From positions 1,674,001 through 1,738,000 of the forward strand of contig JAYWIR010000023.1 of NCBI GenBank assembly GCA_036172245.1: DNA of 64,000 bases, written 5' to 3'. Under the pieces are notes generated by a model. It was not told the origin of the DNA. It worked only from the letters and a program-made list of their open reading frames with translations, and ran no database searches. Shown here in pieces: positions 1 to 13,558 of the stretch (positions are counted from its first letter, which is position 1; each line of letters begins with the position of its first letter). The translations under genes were made by a program, and so were the position numbers. The stretch is from Raillietiella orientalis (lineage: Eukaryota).

Positions 1-1049
1 AGGATGACGCTAGTCGGCCCACGGACTTCGGGGGCGAGAGCACTGTTGGAAGCCAGATGCTCCCGTTGACTGGCAGGATTGGAAGTTGACCCTCCGGGGT
101 CCTTCCAGGACAACAATGAACTTGGCCGTTCTCCCCCAGTTGTGCAAAAAAAGCCGATCTCCCCCTTGCAAACCCCGGGGGGACCCTAGAAGGTGGTTTC
201 ATCGGGAAGGTTCTCTCCAGAGTGTCGAAAGCGGGCCGTTCCCTTCGGGGTTCTCCCGAGGAGCGGTTCCCTTGTGGGTTTCCTCCGGGGAAGAAATGGC
301 GAGCAGTCCCCGCAAACCAGGAGAGCCTTATGGAGATAATGAGGTAGAGGTTCCCTCGAGGTCTCCTATCCCTCGGGTGAGGCAGGTAAGAGGGAACGGT
401 TCTGGAACCTCCCTGGATTAAGTAGGGTGGTTCCTACGGGGTTGTCCCCTAACTGAGTCACACGCAACCCCGGATGCCACGAACAGCAGCAGTTTAGGAG
501 CTCTGTATGAACCACCGTGTGGCGGCATCGTCCAGCCTCTCCGATGCCCCTCTTAAGGAAGCAGACGGTTCTCCGGGACTTCTTGAGAACTAAACAAAAG
601 GAAAAAAAGAAAACGAAAAAGCTGGAAGGAAAGCAGCGAAAGCAGAAGATCCCAAAAAGGATTTCCATCATCCTAGAACTATAGTAGCGATTTTCCCTTG
701 AGGTCGCTAGTGGCCTTTTTTCGAAAAAAAAAAAACTGCCTCTCGGATTGAGTAAAAGAGAGGGTCCACCAGTGGAAGTTCCTCGTGAAGAGTGGGTTGA
801 ATCGATGCGTCGGCAACTTGAACATGGCATAGTCAACAGGAAACCTAGGAGGACAGATTTTGGAAAGACAGTAGCAGCAGAGTTCGACTGACGACAGATC
901 GCAAGCCTTTTCGAGCACCGCGCCGTACTGATCTATTTGGTGCGCCACGGCTCGTTTCTTTGGCAACCAGACACGCTCCATGGCGCTGTTTTCATTTCCT
1001 GCTTGGCCGAGCATCTCACCTCTACCGGAGGAATGCTAGCCTTCGAAAT

Positions 1050-2300
1050 TTCGGATTCCAGCGGACACAGGAGAAGAAATAGAGTGGTACAGCCCTTCGA
1101 AATCAGGTGTCCTCCAGGCTTCTCAATTGCTAACGTGAAGAAAGAAGTGTCAGCGAATTGGATGCTTCATAAGCTCGCAAGACACTTTTATAGAAGATGA
1201 GCGCTTAAGAAAATCCTTTGATGCACGCTCCTGATGGTTTCCCTTTTTGTTAGCAACGAGTGGCAAGACTTCGAAGTTTCTTGACGGACGGAATCGAAGG
1301 AAGGATCGAATCCATCGAATGTAAAAGAGTGTGTTAACCTAAAAAGCAGCAGCATCTACCGCTGCTTGCTTCACAAGTAGATAGTTTTTTCTAAGGAATC
1401 AACACTATCTTCTGCATCCCTTCTGATTCGCCAGACGAATTTGGACTGATCTCAGAACAATTCAGATGTACCCATGCCAAACAAGCAGCGGTGAAAAGCT
1501 TGGATTGCTGTGCGGCCAGCATCATGCAGATAAGGACAGAACTCCGAAAACATGCTCTATGGAAACTGTAGCTTGAAACTTTGACAATTACACTCCTTCA
1601 CGATATCATCAACAGTACTGACCCTGAAATTCGTGTTTTCACATCGCCAGTTTCGCTTGAGAAAACAACGCATGACTAAAGCGAAGTGGGGTTTCAAAGG
1701 ACTAGGATTTCATTAGGCAGATGATAGATGCCTTAGGGCCGTAGGCCAAAACCTGAGAAGGAACAAACGCTGAGAAGACTGTTGGAAGAGACTGGTACCA
1801 TATCGAAGTGCAATCCATGGCCTGGATGTATTTCTTCATCTTCTTCACAAGCATCGCTGACAAGAAGGAAAGCCATCGTCAAAGGGAGATGGGAGACAGA
1901 GAAGGGCATTTCAGAGCTCGGGAGAAAAAGGAAGTAACCATCAAAAAGCGTGTCAAAACGTCCCAGAAGAGACGTATTACTTCCTACTGCTGCGGGTTTC
2001 TGCAAAGTGGCAAAGAGACCGGTGAAGAACAGGACGCATGATCGTGTTCTATTGCTGACAATGATAACAATGTGCCATAATAAATCGCGAATATTCTACT
2101 CGGTAAATAAACCAACTCTGATGTATGCGCATCAAGGAAAAGCAAGGTGCAATTCCAAGATAAGAGTTGAGTGAGCAACAGAGGTAGGAAGTCCAGCCTG
2201 ATTAAACAGAATATCTTCAATAAACGGTGCCTTTTTGGGAGGGATTCGGAAACTGAATAACTATGGTCCATTGAGGGCTTCACTAAGCCTCAAGAGTTGC
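1050..2300 (+). mobile_element. Degraded LINE reverse transcriptase (Jockey/I-like)
   Basis: Motifs in expected order across frameshifts: LISEQFR (about QFGFR), KAWIAV (KAFDxV), HRQFRL, *ADD at 1714-1725 (YADD), KSRIFYSVNKPTLMYA. Confidence 0.5.
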
Positions 2301-2879
2301 TCGTCTCCAAACAGACTTTACTCTTTCTTGGTGTGGATTTTCCAGCAAGTTCCAAACAAGTGTTTACTTTCAGCCCAATTCTCACTACGCAGACTCTTGA
2401 TCTCAGCTGGCTATCTAGGATCTGCAAACAAAAAGTTGCAGAAAGGTTCGCGAGACCGGAAGCCAAGCAGGCTGCCATCAAGAGGCACTTGTAGCAGAAA
2501 ATCAGTCCTTTGATGAGAAAGAAATTGTGGCCGAACCCATTGAGAGAGGATTGAGTCATCAAGAGATGAAAGCGTTTATTCCTTCAGTGATGCATGGATG
2601 TTCCGACTTTCTTAAGCAGACATTGTCACGATATCTATCAAACTAGGCCATTGGGCAAAAAAAATTCGGAGATCTTGGTATTTTTCGTTTTTGCACACCC
2701 GCCGTATCCCCAAATTGCTGTGAACGGGGTTTTAATAACAACGAAGCGTAGCCATGAGAACATGTAGAATCCTTTTTCTACCTTTTAAGCCGCAAACTTT
2801 TTCCTCGGGGTCTTCTGGACCGATCTGCGTTTTATTCTGACGCAAAAGGAAGGGAGATTGTCCACTCATTTTTTTTATT

Positions 2880-3200
2880 GGTATTCTCAGGATAATCTCC
2901 GAGGCTCAAAGAGTTGCTCGAGATCGTTACGACATGTGTACGTCTACTAAGATGGGATTAGTGGACGGAGAGTATCCTGGATGAGGCGCGGAGAGAAGAG
3001 AGCGAATGGATTCGCATCAGAAAAAGGCGATGTGTGATGAGAAACCGGACTAGAGGATCCGTCTTTGTGCAAACTGAAGAGGGAGGAGAAGAAAAAAGGA
3101 ACAGCTGCTCTGCTTCTCCTTCGTAAGAACATAGCCAAGCCTCTGTGTGATGCTTTTCCGTGATATGGACCAAGGCTGTTGCATTCCATTCTCAACAGGG
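2880..3200 (-). mobile_element. Possible LINE AP-endonuclease fragment
   Basis: WNATAL..HTEAWL, RILSVH and SLGDY resemble WNxxGL..TETWL, IxSVY and GDFN. Confidence 0.28.
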
Positions 3201-3374
3201 GTGGAGCACATCACAGGAGAGAGCATTCTGGCTCCATCTTCTTGCTTGACGAGCCGCAAAAAGTTCCCCGATCTGTGAGTCTCCTTCACCAAAAGGGAAA
3301 AAAAAATAAACAAACAAACAAAAAATTTGCTCCTTTCTAACGGGGTCTGCTTTAACTGAGGTCAACGTATTGAC

Positions 3375-3398
3375 TTTTTGTTTTTGTTTTTGTTTTTG
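3375..3398 (+). repeat. (TTTTTG)4
   Basis: Read directly. Confidence 0.9.
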
Positions 3399-5338
3399 CA
3401 GTACGCAAAGCTCCACTTTGTTTTTTTCGATGGAATGTACAAGGCAATTATCTGCTTCCTCTTTTGGCTATCGGGCGTCCGTGCTCAGAGAGAACGGCAG
3501 TCCAGGAACATCCAAGACAGGAAGGTCTCCTCGCATAGGAACATCTCCAAAGCTTCGGGAATTTGCAGACACAGAAGTCTCCGACTACCGAAGAGTCGGT
3601 CTTGAAGAGGAACTCCTTCCCTGATTTCGGCTACGATCCCAGCATTCGGAGAGTTTTTGAAGGGTTGAGTTATTATCAGAGAGTGTCAGCTGCAAAACTA
3701 CACACTGCGAATGCGTCCCACTACAAGTGGGACGTGATGGAAGTAGACTGCGATCCATCAGATGTCGTTTCGAAATGTATCGATGAATGGGCCAGAGAGG
3801 ATGGACTTCCGTGAGTCTCCTCACCTCAGAGAGCAAGGTGAAGCCTGAGTCTTGAAGAGTGTGCAGCGACTGCAGTGGGCGAAGTTGAGTTGCATGTTGA
3901 CAATGTGATTCCTCTGACGGCATCTTGGGGCTCTTGCCTACCCCTTTTTGCTACCTCTTTTTTCTTTTCCTGCAACAAATGAGAGGATAAAAGTCTAGGA
4001 TGAAGCGAGACAAGCAGCCCTCTTGGTGGGCTCTTCACCATTTATTTATCCGGAACTGCTTGGTCCCACGTGTCTTCAGGACGAATCCATGCTTCCTGAA
4101 AAATCCACTGAAAGGGCGGACTGAGTTTGGTCAGTGACCTATTCATTTCTTTCGGTACATTACTTGGAATAGATAAAGTACAAGAAGACCCTCTCCTTTC
4201 TCGTACTGTCTGCGTGTTTGGGAAGGAGGAGAGGGAATCTTTAGCGTCCTCGGAACATCGTCGTTCCTCGGATCTCACAATCCCTAAGATCCTGCAACTC
4301 TTGCCTTTACTGAAAAATGGACTCCCTTCGAGGAGGTGCTAAGGGTCAATCTCCGGCATGCTCTCCTTTTTCTGCTTCGCATCTTTTGTCACCTTGGTAG
4401 GATCCGTATGGGCACATCACGTCGTCTAGAATGATGACTGATCCTCTCCCTTGGGGCACCTTAAGTCTGAATTTGGAACATAGGCATATCCATTCTCTTC
4501 CAGTAGGAAACTGTCCTTCCATCCGGATTGTTCGTACTTGTCTTCAACTCTTTCTCCCTGAATTTTCCTAATCCTAAAGATTATTTCCTTTTTTCCCCTC
4601 CGGGTAAGATGCTGAGCGCTTCCAAAGCTCAGCTGCTGACTCATCACCACTTACTGTTTGTTTTTTATTTGATCTTATACGTCACGGCAAACCGTTAACT
4701 AGCCAGACTCTCCATCAGCTAGCCAGGATTCCGACCGTGGATCTGCTCAAACTCTGCGCAAACCTTGCCAGCATGTCATGCAGAGTTTGTCGCTTCTCGG
4801 ACTTCTGGCCAAGATCAAAGTGTAGAGTTTGTCGGACATCTTAAAACTCTTCTCCAAATGGCTTCGAAGGGCAGGATGGGTCCTAAAGCTGATTTGAAAC
4901 CGATCTTTGTACCAAAATCGCTTGGGTCCTCATGCAGACTTCCATCTATCCCAAATACACTTCCTTCTTGGTTACTGCGGTGCCTGATTTCTAAGAAACA
5001 GAACCCTTTTAAGATGTATTACCTCTGTGCAGAGGGTGATCGGAGGAGATCAAGAGAATCTGGACTGGAGATCAGCTGTTATGGAAAGATGCTCAGAAGG
5101 AAGCGAATAAAAATATTATCGAAAGCACAGATGCAATTATCATGGATGTGATAGGTCTGCTAGCTGTTTGTATACCAAAGAATATCCATGGGGTGCACCA
5201 GTGAAGTTCCGCAAATTCTTGAGGGTCGCTCCCTGTTTAGAAGGGTTCTGTCTAGGGAGTATCAGTATCACTGGCAGCAATCCACTTGAAGCACGAAAGT
5301 CAGTGATCCCATCATTTGAACAAAGCGATTGGATTGTA

Positions 5339-5368
5339 TCAGGTCAGTGCAAAAATAATTGCGGTTTT
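5339..5368 (+). repeat. Mariner left TIR
   Basis: TCAGGTCAGTGCAAAAATAATTGCGGTTTT. Confidence 0.9.
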
Positions 5369-5415
5369 CACGTATCGAGTATAAAGATGCATATATCAGT
5401 TAAAAATTACATTTA

Positions 5416-6409
5416 TTAATCAAAATAAAGACCTCCTGTCCTGCACACATTTCTCCCAGCGGGAAAAAATTCTGTTTATTCCTGCAAGATGGGATTCTGG
5501 AGTCCTGGAATGAACGAATTCATCGAAAGCACTTTAAGCTGATGCTTGATCTTTGAAAACCTTCTCTCGTGGGAAATGGCTCAAGTGTTTGAAAAAATGA
5601 TACTCTGTCGGAGACAGGTCCGGAGAATGAGGTGGGTGAGGTGAGGTTTCATCACCCAATTCATTCAATTTTCTTAAAGCCATTTGTGAGACGTGTGGTC
5701 GGGCGTTGTCACGAAGAAGAATTGGTCCTCTTCGACTGACTAATGCTGGTCGCAAACGACGCAGCTTCCCATTCATGTTTTCACTTTCCTGACAATATTC
5801 TTCTGCTGTTGTTGTTTCACCACGATTTAAGAAGTTGTAGCGTTGTAGCCGACCACCAAACAGTGACCGCAACCTTTTTTTCGTTCGATTGAGGAAACTG
5901 TTTTGGTGCTTCCCCACGGTCCAGCCACTGTGATGAACGTTTCCGATTGCTGTAGAGAATCCACTTTTCATCACACGTGGCGAGGCGATCAGGAGAGGGA
6001 CCATTTTTGTCACTCAAAAGAAGCTCAGAGCAGACTGCGTATAGCCGAATTGCTTGATGCTCGTTTCGCTCATGCGACACCCATTGATCCATTGAGCTTT
6101 TTTGTTTTCCCAATGAAGCCTCAAATGTCGAACTGTTGAATGATCAACATTGACTTCTTCTGCCACCTCTCGAGTTTTATACGTAAGTCTGCTTCAATGA
6201 TGGCTCTTAAATCTTGGTTGCGTATAGCTGAGGGATCTCCGTGACTCTCCTCGTTTTCGAGACTTCCGTCACGAAATTTCCGGAGTCAGCGTTGAGCTGC
6301 ACGTTCACTGACTGACCCTTCGCCAAAGACAAATTTCGAGCAGTTTCTGCCACCAATCCAAATGAAACTCATACAACGAAATGTCGCGCGAATCTGCTTT
6401 TTCCTCCAT
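5416..6409 (-). pseudogene. Mariner transposase pseudogene (frameshifts and stops)
   Basis: ATG at 6409. Motifs WVSHE, TCDEKWILYSN, RDNARPH, SPDLSPTEYHFFKHL and terminal WEKCV..YFD* are spread over several frames. Confidence 0.93.
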
Positions 6410-6579
6410 GATTAACTAAAGAGATACCAAAAGAATACCAAGGAATATCAATGCCAAAGAATGAAAATGATAGACATAAGCTGAAATCAGTAGTGCCAAT
6501 TTCATCGTTTACAATGATGTACCACATGACTATAACAAAAGATAGAACTAGAAAAATCGGCACCAAACTTAAAATGACA

Positions 6580-6609
6580 AAAACCGCAACTATTTTTGCA
6601 CCAACCTAA
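6580..6609 (-). repeat. Mariner right TIR
   Basis: Reverse complement reads TTAGGTTGGTGCAAAAATAGTTGCGGTTTT. Confidence 0.9.
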
Positions 6610-8799
6610 TAAAATGAAATTCACTAACCATAAATTCTTGGTTTCTGCTCGTGGGAATGCTGGCATGACTGCGTCTGCCTGTTTGTTATCCTCTTGAATC
6701 TTAGTCATGCTTCAAGACGATCAACAGACAGAAAGATATGAAGAATCCATGTATAGCATAGGAGCCTAAATTCCTGATGGAAAAAAAATCGTTTTACTGT
6801 GGAAACAGTCGTTCATGGAACCAAGCATATCTGGTCAGCAAGAATTAGAATGGCAACCATTATCAGAACATGAATCACCAGCCCAACTAGGATTAACGCC
6901 TCAGTTCACTTCAGATCAATTTAAGTGTAACTCAGTTATAATAAAATACTCAGTCAATCAGTATTAAGTGCTTCAGAGCAAAGAAAAGAAGACAACTTCT
7001 GTTATAACTGTGTGAACATTTGATAGAAAGTTAGAAGGCTAAACTGGGTTCTGGACTACGACTCTTGCTGCTCCTGCAGCACGTGAATTGCAGTAATCAA
7101 TGCACTTGAACCGTTTCCATTGCAACACCGGGATGTGTTTGAAGAGTAAGGCGTGCTCAGCTGAGAGATGAGGAGAGATACTTTGAATACACCTACTTTT
7201 CTTGGATGCGGTTCTTCACCTCGACTTCAAAGAGTTTTCTTCTTTAGATTAGAATCCGTTTCTCACCGGTCACAGCGAACGTAAGAATGGATTTCTAGAT
7301 CTTGCGTTGATAGCATAGGAGCTCTTGAAATTATTATTTAGAAGAAGCGATCAGCTTGAAAATCTTTGACCAGAGTTTTTTTCGTTTTAAAAAATGTTAT
7401 AAGTTCTTTTTCCATAGGGGGAAAAGGATGGCTTCCCTCGACCATTTTGACACGAGATGACAGGAAGCGAAGAAAAGGAACTGATTCAATGTAAGAAAAG
7501 AAGGAAATGGAGTGACTGCTGTTGTATTAAGGAGGATTTTTTGTTTCTTAACTCGAATCGCCAGTCTACTCCGTACGAATAAAAGAGACACAATGTAGTA
7601 CATAGGAAAAATGCAGAAAGTAAACTCCCAATTTCTACAGAAAAGGAATGGAATTCCAGATCTAATTAGGAATCGGTGGATAAGAGTGAATGACCTACAA
7701 TGTGGTAATTCGGGAGGAGATAGGTGAATGGGATGCAGAAATGGGGAAACAATAGGGAGATTCCAATTTTACTTTCCAATGGCTTTACCTCATCGTCATC
7801 CTTAGTGGTTTACATTGGAATTTCAGAATGCTTTCCATCGTAGGATTGACTAGAGGATCAACTTTGAGGAGACCTTATATGCTTAGATAAATCGGGCAAA
7901 TGCAGATGTCATGTGGGTTAAGCGAATTACCAGGAAAACACACACACATACACACCAGCTGATGTTCTACACATCGTTGAGATTTATTTGAAAAAAAAAA
8001 ACCTCGGGATCGAAGCGTCAATTTAGCAACAACAGGAAGCATCATTGGGTTACCATTTGTTTTAAGTCAGCACGAAAGAAACATTGGAACCTACCAGAGC
8101 TTGTGTGCCCTTTTCTTGTGTGTTCATTGCCACAACTATTGCTAGTACGAATGGTAACCGCATTCGGCAATTAACGAAACTTACATGTGTACGTTGGAAG
8201 ATGGGATTAAGCATCCAAAATTCGTGGTGATTCCGAAGAGTGGATGGAAGGTTTGGTTGATTCAAACCTTCAATTGAATAGGATGATAATGATGGCGCTG
8301 TTCGGCTCCCGGAAATCAACCGTAGAATTAGTGAGCCCTCGTAAAATTTCGAGATTCCTGTCTCCCATTTTAACAGAATAAATCATAAAGAACAAGACAT
8401 ACTCATATTAATCACAGAAAGAAGAAACGCAAATTTTCAAAGCATTTCTCTTACTTCATAGCGCAAATGAGGAGATAGGAATTGTTAAATTGATGATAAT
8501 TCATTGTGGGAACATTGGCTCATTCACTGGGATGGGCATGAAAGACCGAAATCGAAAGAAAGATTGAGAAGGGATCGTGGAAGATTGAGACGTGAAAGAT
8601 GGAGAGATCTTATGTTTATCAAAAAGCTGCAAAGTTTATCGTTTCCTTCTGACATTCACGCACTGAAGTGTTCCCCTGTACAGAAGTGCAGCCAATAAAT
8701 TTCAATCTCTTGGAAAATAAAAATCTGAATTTATGTTGGCAATTTTGTGGAATATCTTGTATTGCACATTTCATGGCCCAAATGCATTTTATTGATACC

Positions 8800-11060
8800 C
8801 AGCACGAAGTGCAAACTCATTAAATCATGCAAAACTCAATTTCCTATCCCATTCTTTTTATTTTCCTGAAGCACTTTTCGTGTAATCTTTCAAGTCAGAT
8901 GATTTGCGGACAGTTGTCCATGTCTTACACAATTCTTTGTCAGCACAACTATTTCGCTTGGGATTTATTGTTAGGTAAGAAGTCACCTGGCTGATTCCGA
9001 AATCTTCTCTTTGTACGTAAGTGTAGGTGTTTACTCCTCAGCACTGCAGGCAAGCTGCCTTTTTTCCAAAAGCCGTTTTATCTTCATCGTTCACTCAGGT
9101 CCTGTGGATGGTTCTCTCTCTTTCTCTCTTTCACTCACTCTTCCTCTCTCTATCTTTCCAACGAGGAAAGACATTTTGTCTTGACAACTTGGAACAATGA
9201 GTTCGCGACGTGATGAGTTTGCTGACAGTCCCTCAGAGAGAAGAGTCGCACAGAGATCAGCGAAAGCCATTTGCAAACAGCAGTTTTCCGATTTTCCGCA
9301 GTTCCCCGAAAACGAATTATCCATAATGAACCTGTCCTTCACAGTGCAACATTTTGTCTTCTCAGTGTTGGAAATATATGGAACGAGCGCCTGCCTACCG
9401 TGCTTGAGCTTCCCATAAATGCTGAGGATTTTCGAGACTTTCGAGATAACCATTTACCAATAGAAATGATTTCCGCCAATGGTCTGACGAAGAATTTGAA
9501 ACGCAACTTTTCTTAATCCCTGTGTTTGCTGCTCATCCGTCTTTTATGATGCTCTGACCGTTTCTTTTATAGTGAAATCATTTGATTTTGAATTCGGGTC
9601 CCGAACTTTGAAAAGTAACATGGCTAAAAAGTTTCCCTTTCTTTTTATCGATCTCGATGCACAGTGATACTGTGTTTCGCCGATGAACTAAAATGTTTCA
9701 GGAAAGATCAATAAATTGCTGAGTTCTTTTCCCTCTCAGAACATTCTCAACCTGTGCCAGTGACTCTGTAAGATGGATAATTGCTACTTCGCCTCGCGGA
9801 ATCATGATGCAAGAAACGCTGTGGACACATCTTCCAGCTTTTAGGTTGCAATCCACATAACGCAAATGAAAACATGACCTTTTCGTCTGTCTGAGATTTA
9901 CAACTCTGTTTTATTGTAAATACAGCACGTGTCTATAAATGCGAGAATTAGCGTGTCACCAAAGCCACGAGAATTGAGCAATAGCTATTTCATAATTTGT
10001 TCTCAGAGACAACACAGGTTCCTCAGGACTTCAGGAGCTGCTGCCAGTAACTGTTTAGGTTCTTCACTCCCGGAAGCGGATTCTAAATTCCAGTGTTCAG
10101 TCCGAATGTTTCCTGGACGAGCTACAATGAAACAACGGCAACGAGCAGCCATTGCATAGATCTTTGATGCTGTAAGTTGCCTTTTTCGGACGTCAGATAT
10201 GCATACCTGATGCACGTAACACCTTAGGCAATGATTTCTCTCATGCCGTTACAAAAGGAAAGGAAAAGATGTAACATCTGAGCTCGACCATACGTTGCAT
10301 CTTGAATTATTCCTGCCATGTATCTTTCTTTAGAAGTCAGTTTCCCAATTTATGAAATAACAGTTTTACAGCATGCAAGTGATCCAGATCTAAAAATTTG
10401 TGCAAATCTAAAAAAAAAATTCTTTAGATGTGGTCAGGTGTCTCTTTTCAGAGGTTTTTGCTAGATATCACTTGATTCCCTTCAAGCTTCAAAGAAACAG
10501 AAACGAGCAATGAATAGTTCTAGACAAAAGTCTTTCACCTTTTAGGCTTTTTTGTGTGTGTTTTCGGAACTCACTTGACAAGACTCTTTAAAATTGAAAA
10601 TGTATAACCATTAAGAAATAACATCAAGTCCAATACACTTAGCATTATGGTATATTTAGTTTGCTCAAATTAATACTCAAGTGACTTTCATGGATAACGA
10701 TGACTACATGTGTGAAATATCGTTCATACGCACTTTTCAAAATGCTTGGGCCATGGACTAGTGTATGAAACGCAGAACAAATGTGTGTGAATCTCTAACG
10801 ATACAAGTTCTTGAATGTATTTTAGCCATTCATCCTTGAAACATCAGGTAAGGGCAAACTGGCTTGACGAATGTACCCCAAGTAAAGCTCCGAAGACTTG
10901 AAGTGCTAACAGGACAGGGAAAACAATGTGGTAAAATACAATAGAAGATCGAATGAGCCATATCCTGGACAACACGGCTTCTCTCTTCATTTCTCGTGTC
11001 CTCCACTGCTTGCCCCAAGTTTACCAATCCTCACTAACATAGGGATAACGCGTCTAATTT
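8800..11060 (-). mobile_element. Degraded L1/Tx1-like LINE ORF2
   Basis: SFTW (endonuclease, about 10885), HWRKSFLLVNGY/KILS (WRPISLLNxDYKILS), CCTVKDRFIMDN (VKGRxIxDN) and CVRHGQLS (GVRQGCPLS, about 8910-8935), in order. Confidence 0.42.
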
Positions 11061-12897
11061 GACCAACCCGAGTACCTCTTCTAATTTCTCTAAGAAACTG
11101 GGCATATTATTCCATCTGCAGAATATCATTTTGAACAGCTATAATAAGCAACAGTTTGTTCTCTACTTTCCTTTTTTTCAACAGCAATCACAGGACTGCA
11201 TTTTTGTGTAGGGTCTTATGTACTCCTGAGATCAAGAAAATAAATGGAACAGTCAAAATGCAAAACGTCCTCTAAGGTACCTTTTCCTTCCTCTATTTAA
11301 ATACGTTGATCAACTTTCTGCGTAATGCAGTTTACATCCGACAGCGATCACGTTGTTCCGATTGTACTTGACTGAGTTTATCAAGCATTTTTAGGACTCC
11401 ATCTTAAGAGAAGTTCTGCGGGACGGATATAAATGCAAAATTCATGCAGCAAACGATTTCACAATCGGAAAACAACAACTCCTCAATTCCGAATGTGCTA
11501 ATTTTGGCTGGTTTACAAAACCATGTGCTTTCTTCGTGCTGTGACTGCTACTACACAGCAACTCTAGCAGGAGTGTTCAGAATAGGTTTTCGTGAGTATA
11601 CCTACTAGTATGGTTTTCTTCACATAGAGGTCAATCAGGCAAAATACCACAGTATTTTCGTTAAAGTTAGGATAGGCATTTCAAAAGACAATAGGTCCAA
11701 TTACCTCAACACTGTATTTTCTGAACATGATATCCAGCTGAACTTCCGTTTTAGAATACTGCTGTTAAACTAAGTGTTGGAAGGAAAATTATAGCAAAAA
11801 TTGTCTGCTCACAGTATCCTTCATTCGATAACTCTTCCAGTGGATAGGAATGGATATTATTTACGTTCACAGATTAATAAATCGAACAAATACTGAAAAG
11901 TTGTTTACCCTCACTATAGACGAATTTCCATCACTTTCTAGAAATGGAAATGTTCTTGTGCTTTCCAAACATTCAAATGCAATGTGAAATACCATACGGA
12001 AAGGTGAACTGGTCAATTGCTTCAAATGAGGTGATGGTTCCTGTAGCTCATTTAGAGTGCATATGGCTCAATATTTAGGATGAAAATCACGAAATCTGAG
12101 AAATGCAAGTTTCATGTTAAAAATAAAAAGAGTGCTCACACATGTTTGAGATGTGTGATAAACTAGACGGTAGCCTAGAATTGCGATAGTGCCTTTTTAA
12201 ATGTTATGACTTCATAAAATGATCCGTTTTTAATCGGTTAGTGACTACCCTGATGCCGCATGCGCCTTGTTGGCGGATTTGGGCATTGGCAATGGACGGT
12301 GAAAGTTGCCCTTCCCATCTAGGTGGGATGTATGCTAATAATGTATTATTAAGGTAACCGATGGAATCCTGGAGAAGCATTTCCTGGAAAATATGGAAAT
12401 AAATTACATACGCACGTTTAACGTACTGTTTCATAACACGCATAAAGCTATAAATTATATATATTGTATTAGGTGTGGTTTCTGTGATTGGTGAGTTACG
12501 TTTGCATTTGTAGCTAAATCTACTTTCAGGTTATTCATGATGACCAATATCAATTAATATTGGTGTAATATGTTGCAGTTTTTATTTTTCTGAGTGAAAC
12601 GAATTCCATTTTACATTTCTAGTGGTATGAAAAAAGAGATTATTGAAGGAAATAAATGAAAAGTTGTTATTCAGAATTTGTATTATGTTAAAGTAGCATA
12701 AACTAAATTATGTAGTTTTGTCAAGCCACGGTGTTGTTTTGTTGAGTCAAAGAACAATGTGCTTGCAGGGTTGTATAATTTTTCAATTATGTATTTACTG
12801 CCAGTAAGTAGGAGAGTTCCTTAGGGGTGTTTGAAATTAGTAAAGATTCTTTATTTATAATTATGAAATTGTTGCAGCTATGGAAATTATTTTCTGA

Positions 12898-12943
12898 GCA
12901 ATTCGTGTGTTTTGCAATGAGTAGCAATTCTTGTGTTTTGCAT
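12898..12943 (+). repeat. Near-tandem 20-bp duplication
   Basis: AGCAATTCGTGTGTTTTGCA and AGCAATTCTTGTGTTTTGCA, 6 bp apart. Confidence 0.85.
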
Positions 12944-13558
12944 CATAATTCACATACAGGTTTTGTTGCATAAGGAAAACTTGCATACACAAAATCCATA
13001 TGAATTGAATTTGAATTTAGTTCTCATCACTTTGTGATTGTTGGCATCTCTATTGGTCAGTCCTAGATAGGTAAAAGATTATTGCTAGAAATTGGAATCC
13101 CAGTTTTACAGTTTGCATTTGTCAAAGCTTAGATAAAATACACATCATAATAATGATTTAAACATCCCTTTTGGCATAATTAGTTTGTAAAACCTAATTA
13201 TGGCAACTGATTACGAGATCCATTTCTAAACTGAGTCTTTCTAACTGAGCACCTTTATCAGTAGGATGTATGGCAAGACTAGTTTGCCTTTTCAGTGTTC
13301 ATGAAGCAGCTTATGTTTAGCTGGTTGTTAATGAATGTTTGGTATTTGTCCTTTTAAATACTATGCATATTTCCATATGCCCCAAAAATTTATGAAATTA
13401 TGGATATTTTTGTTCAAGAAGTGGCTGCTATTTGGAAACCATCACTGTAATTGTATTGTATACGTAGTATCTGAATAAAGAGCGAACAGGACAAATAAAT
13501 CTAAATTTCATTTAACGAATTACATGCATCTAACAATGGAATATTTATGATTCCTCAG

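Larger units (their letters stand above)
5339..6609 (-). mobile_element. Mariner DNA transposon, Hsmar1/cecropia-subfamily-like, full length (1271 bp), defective
   Basis: 30-bp terminal inverted repeats at 5339-5368 and 6580-6609 (26/30 identical), flanked by TA at 5337-5338 and 6610-6611, enclosing a transposase remnant. Confidence 0.95.

Noticed and set aside
3563..3814. 83-aa ORF ending near a GTGAGT donor, possible host exon
   Set aside because: No partner exons, and the translation weakly resembles a decayed LINE RT segment.
12537..12593. Possible C/D box snoRNA (ATGATGA...CTGA)
   Set aside because: Only 57 nt, weak terminal stem, no internal D'/C' boxes and no recognisable rRNA guide.
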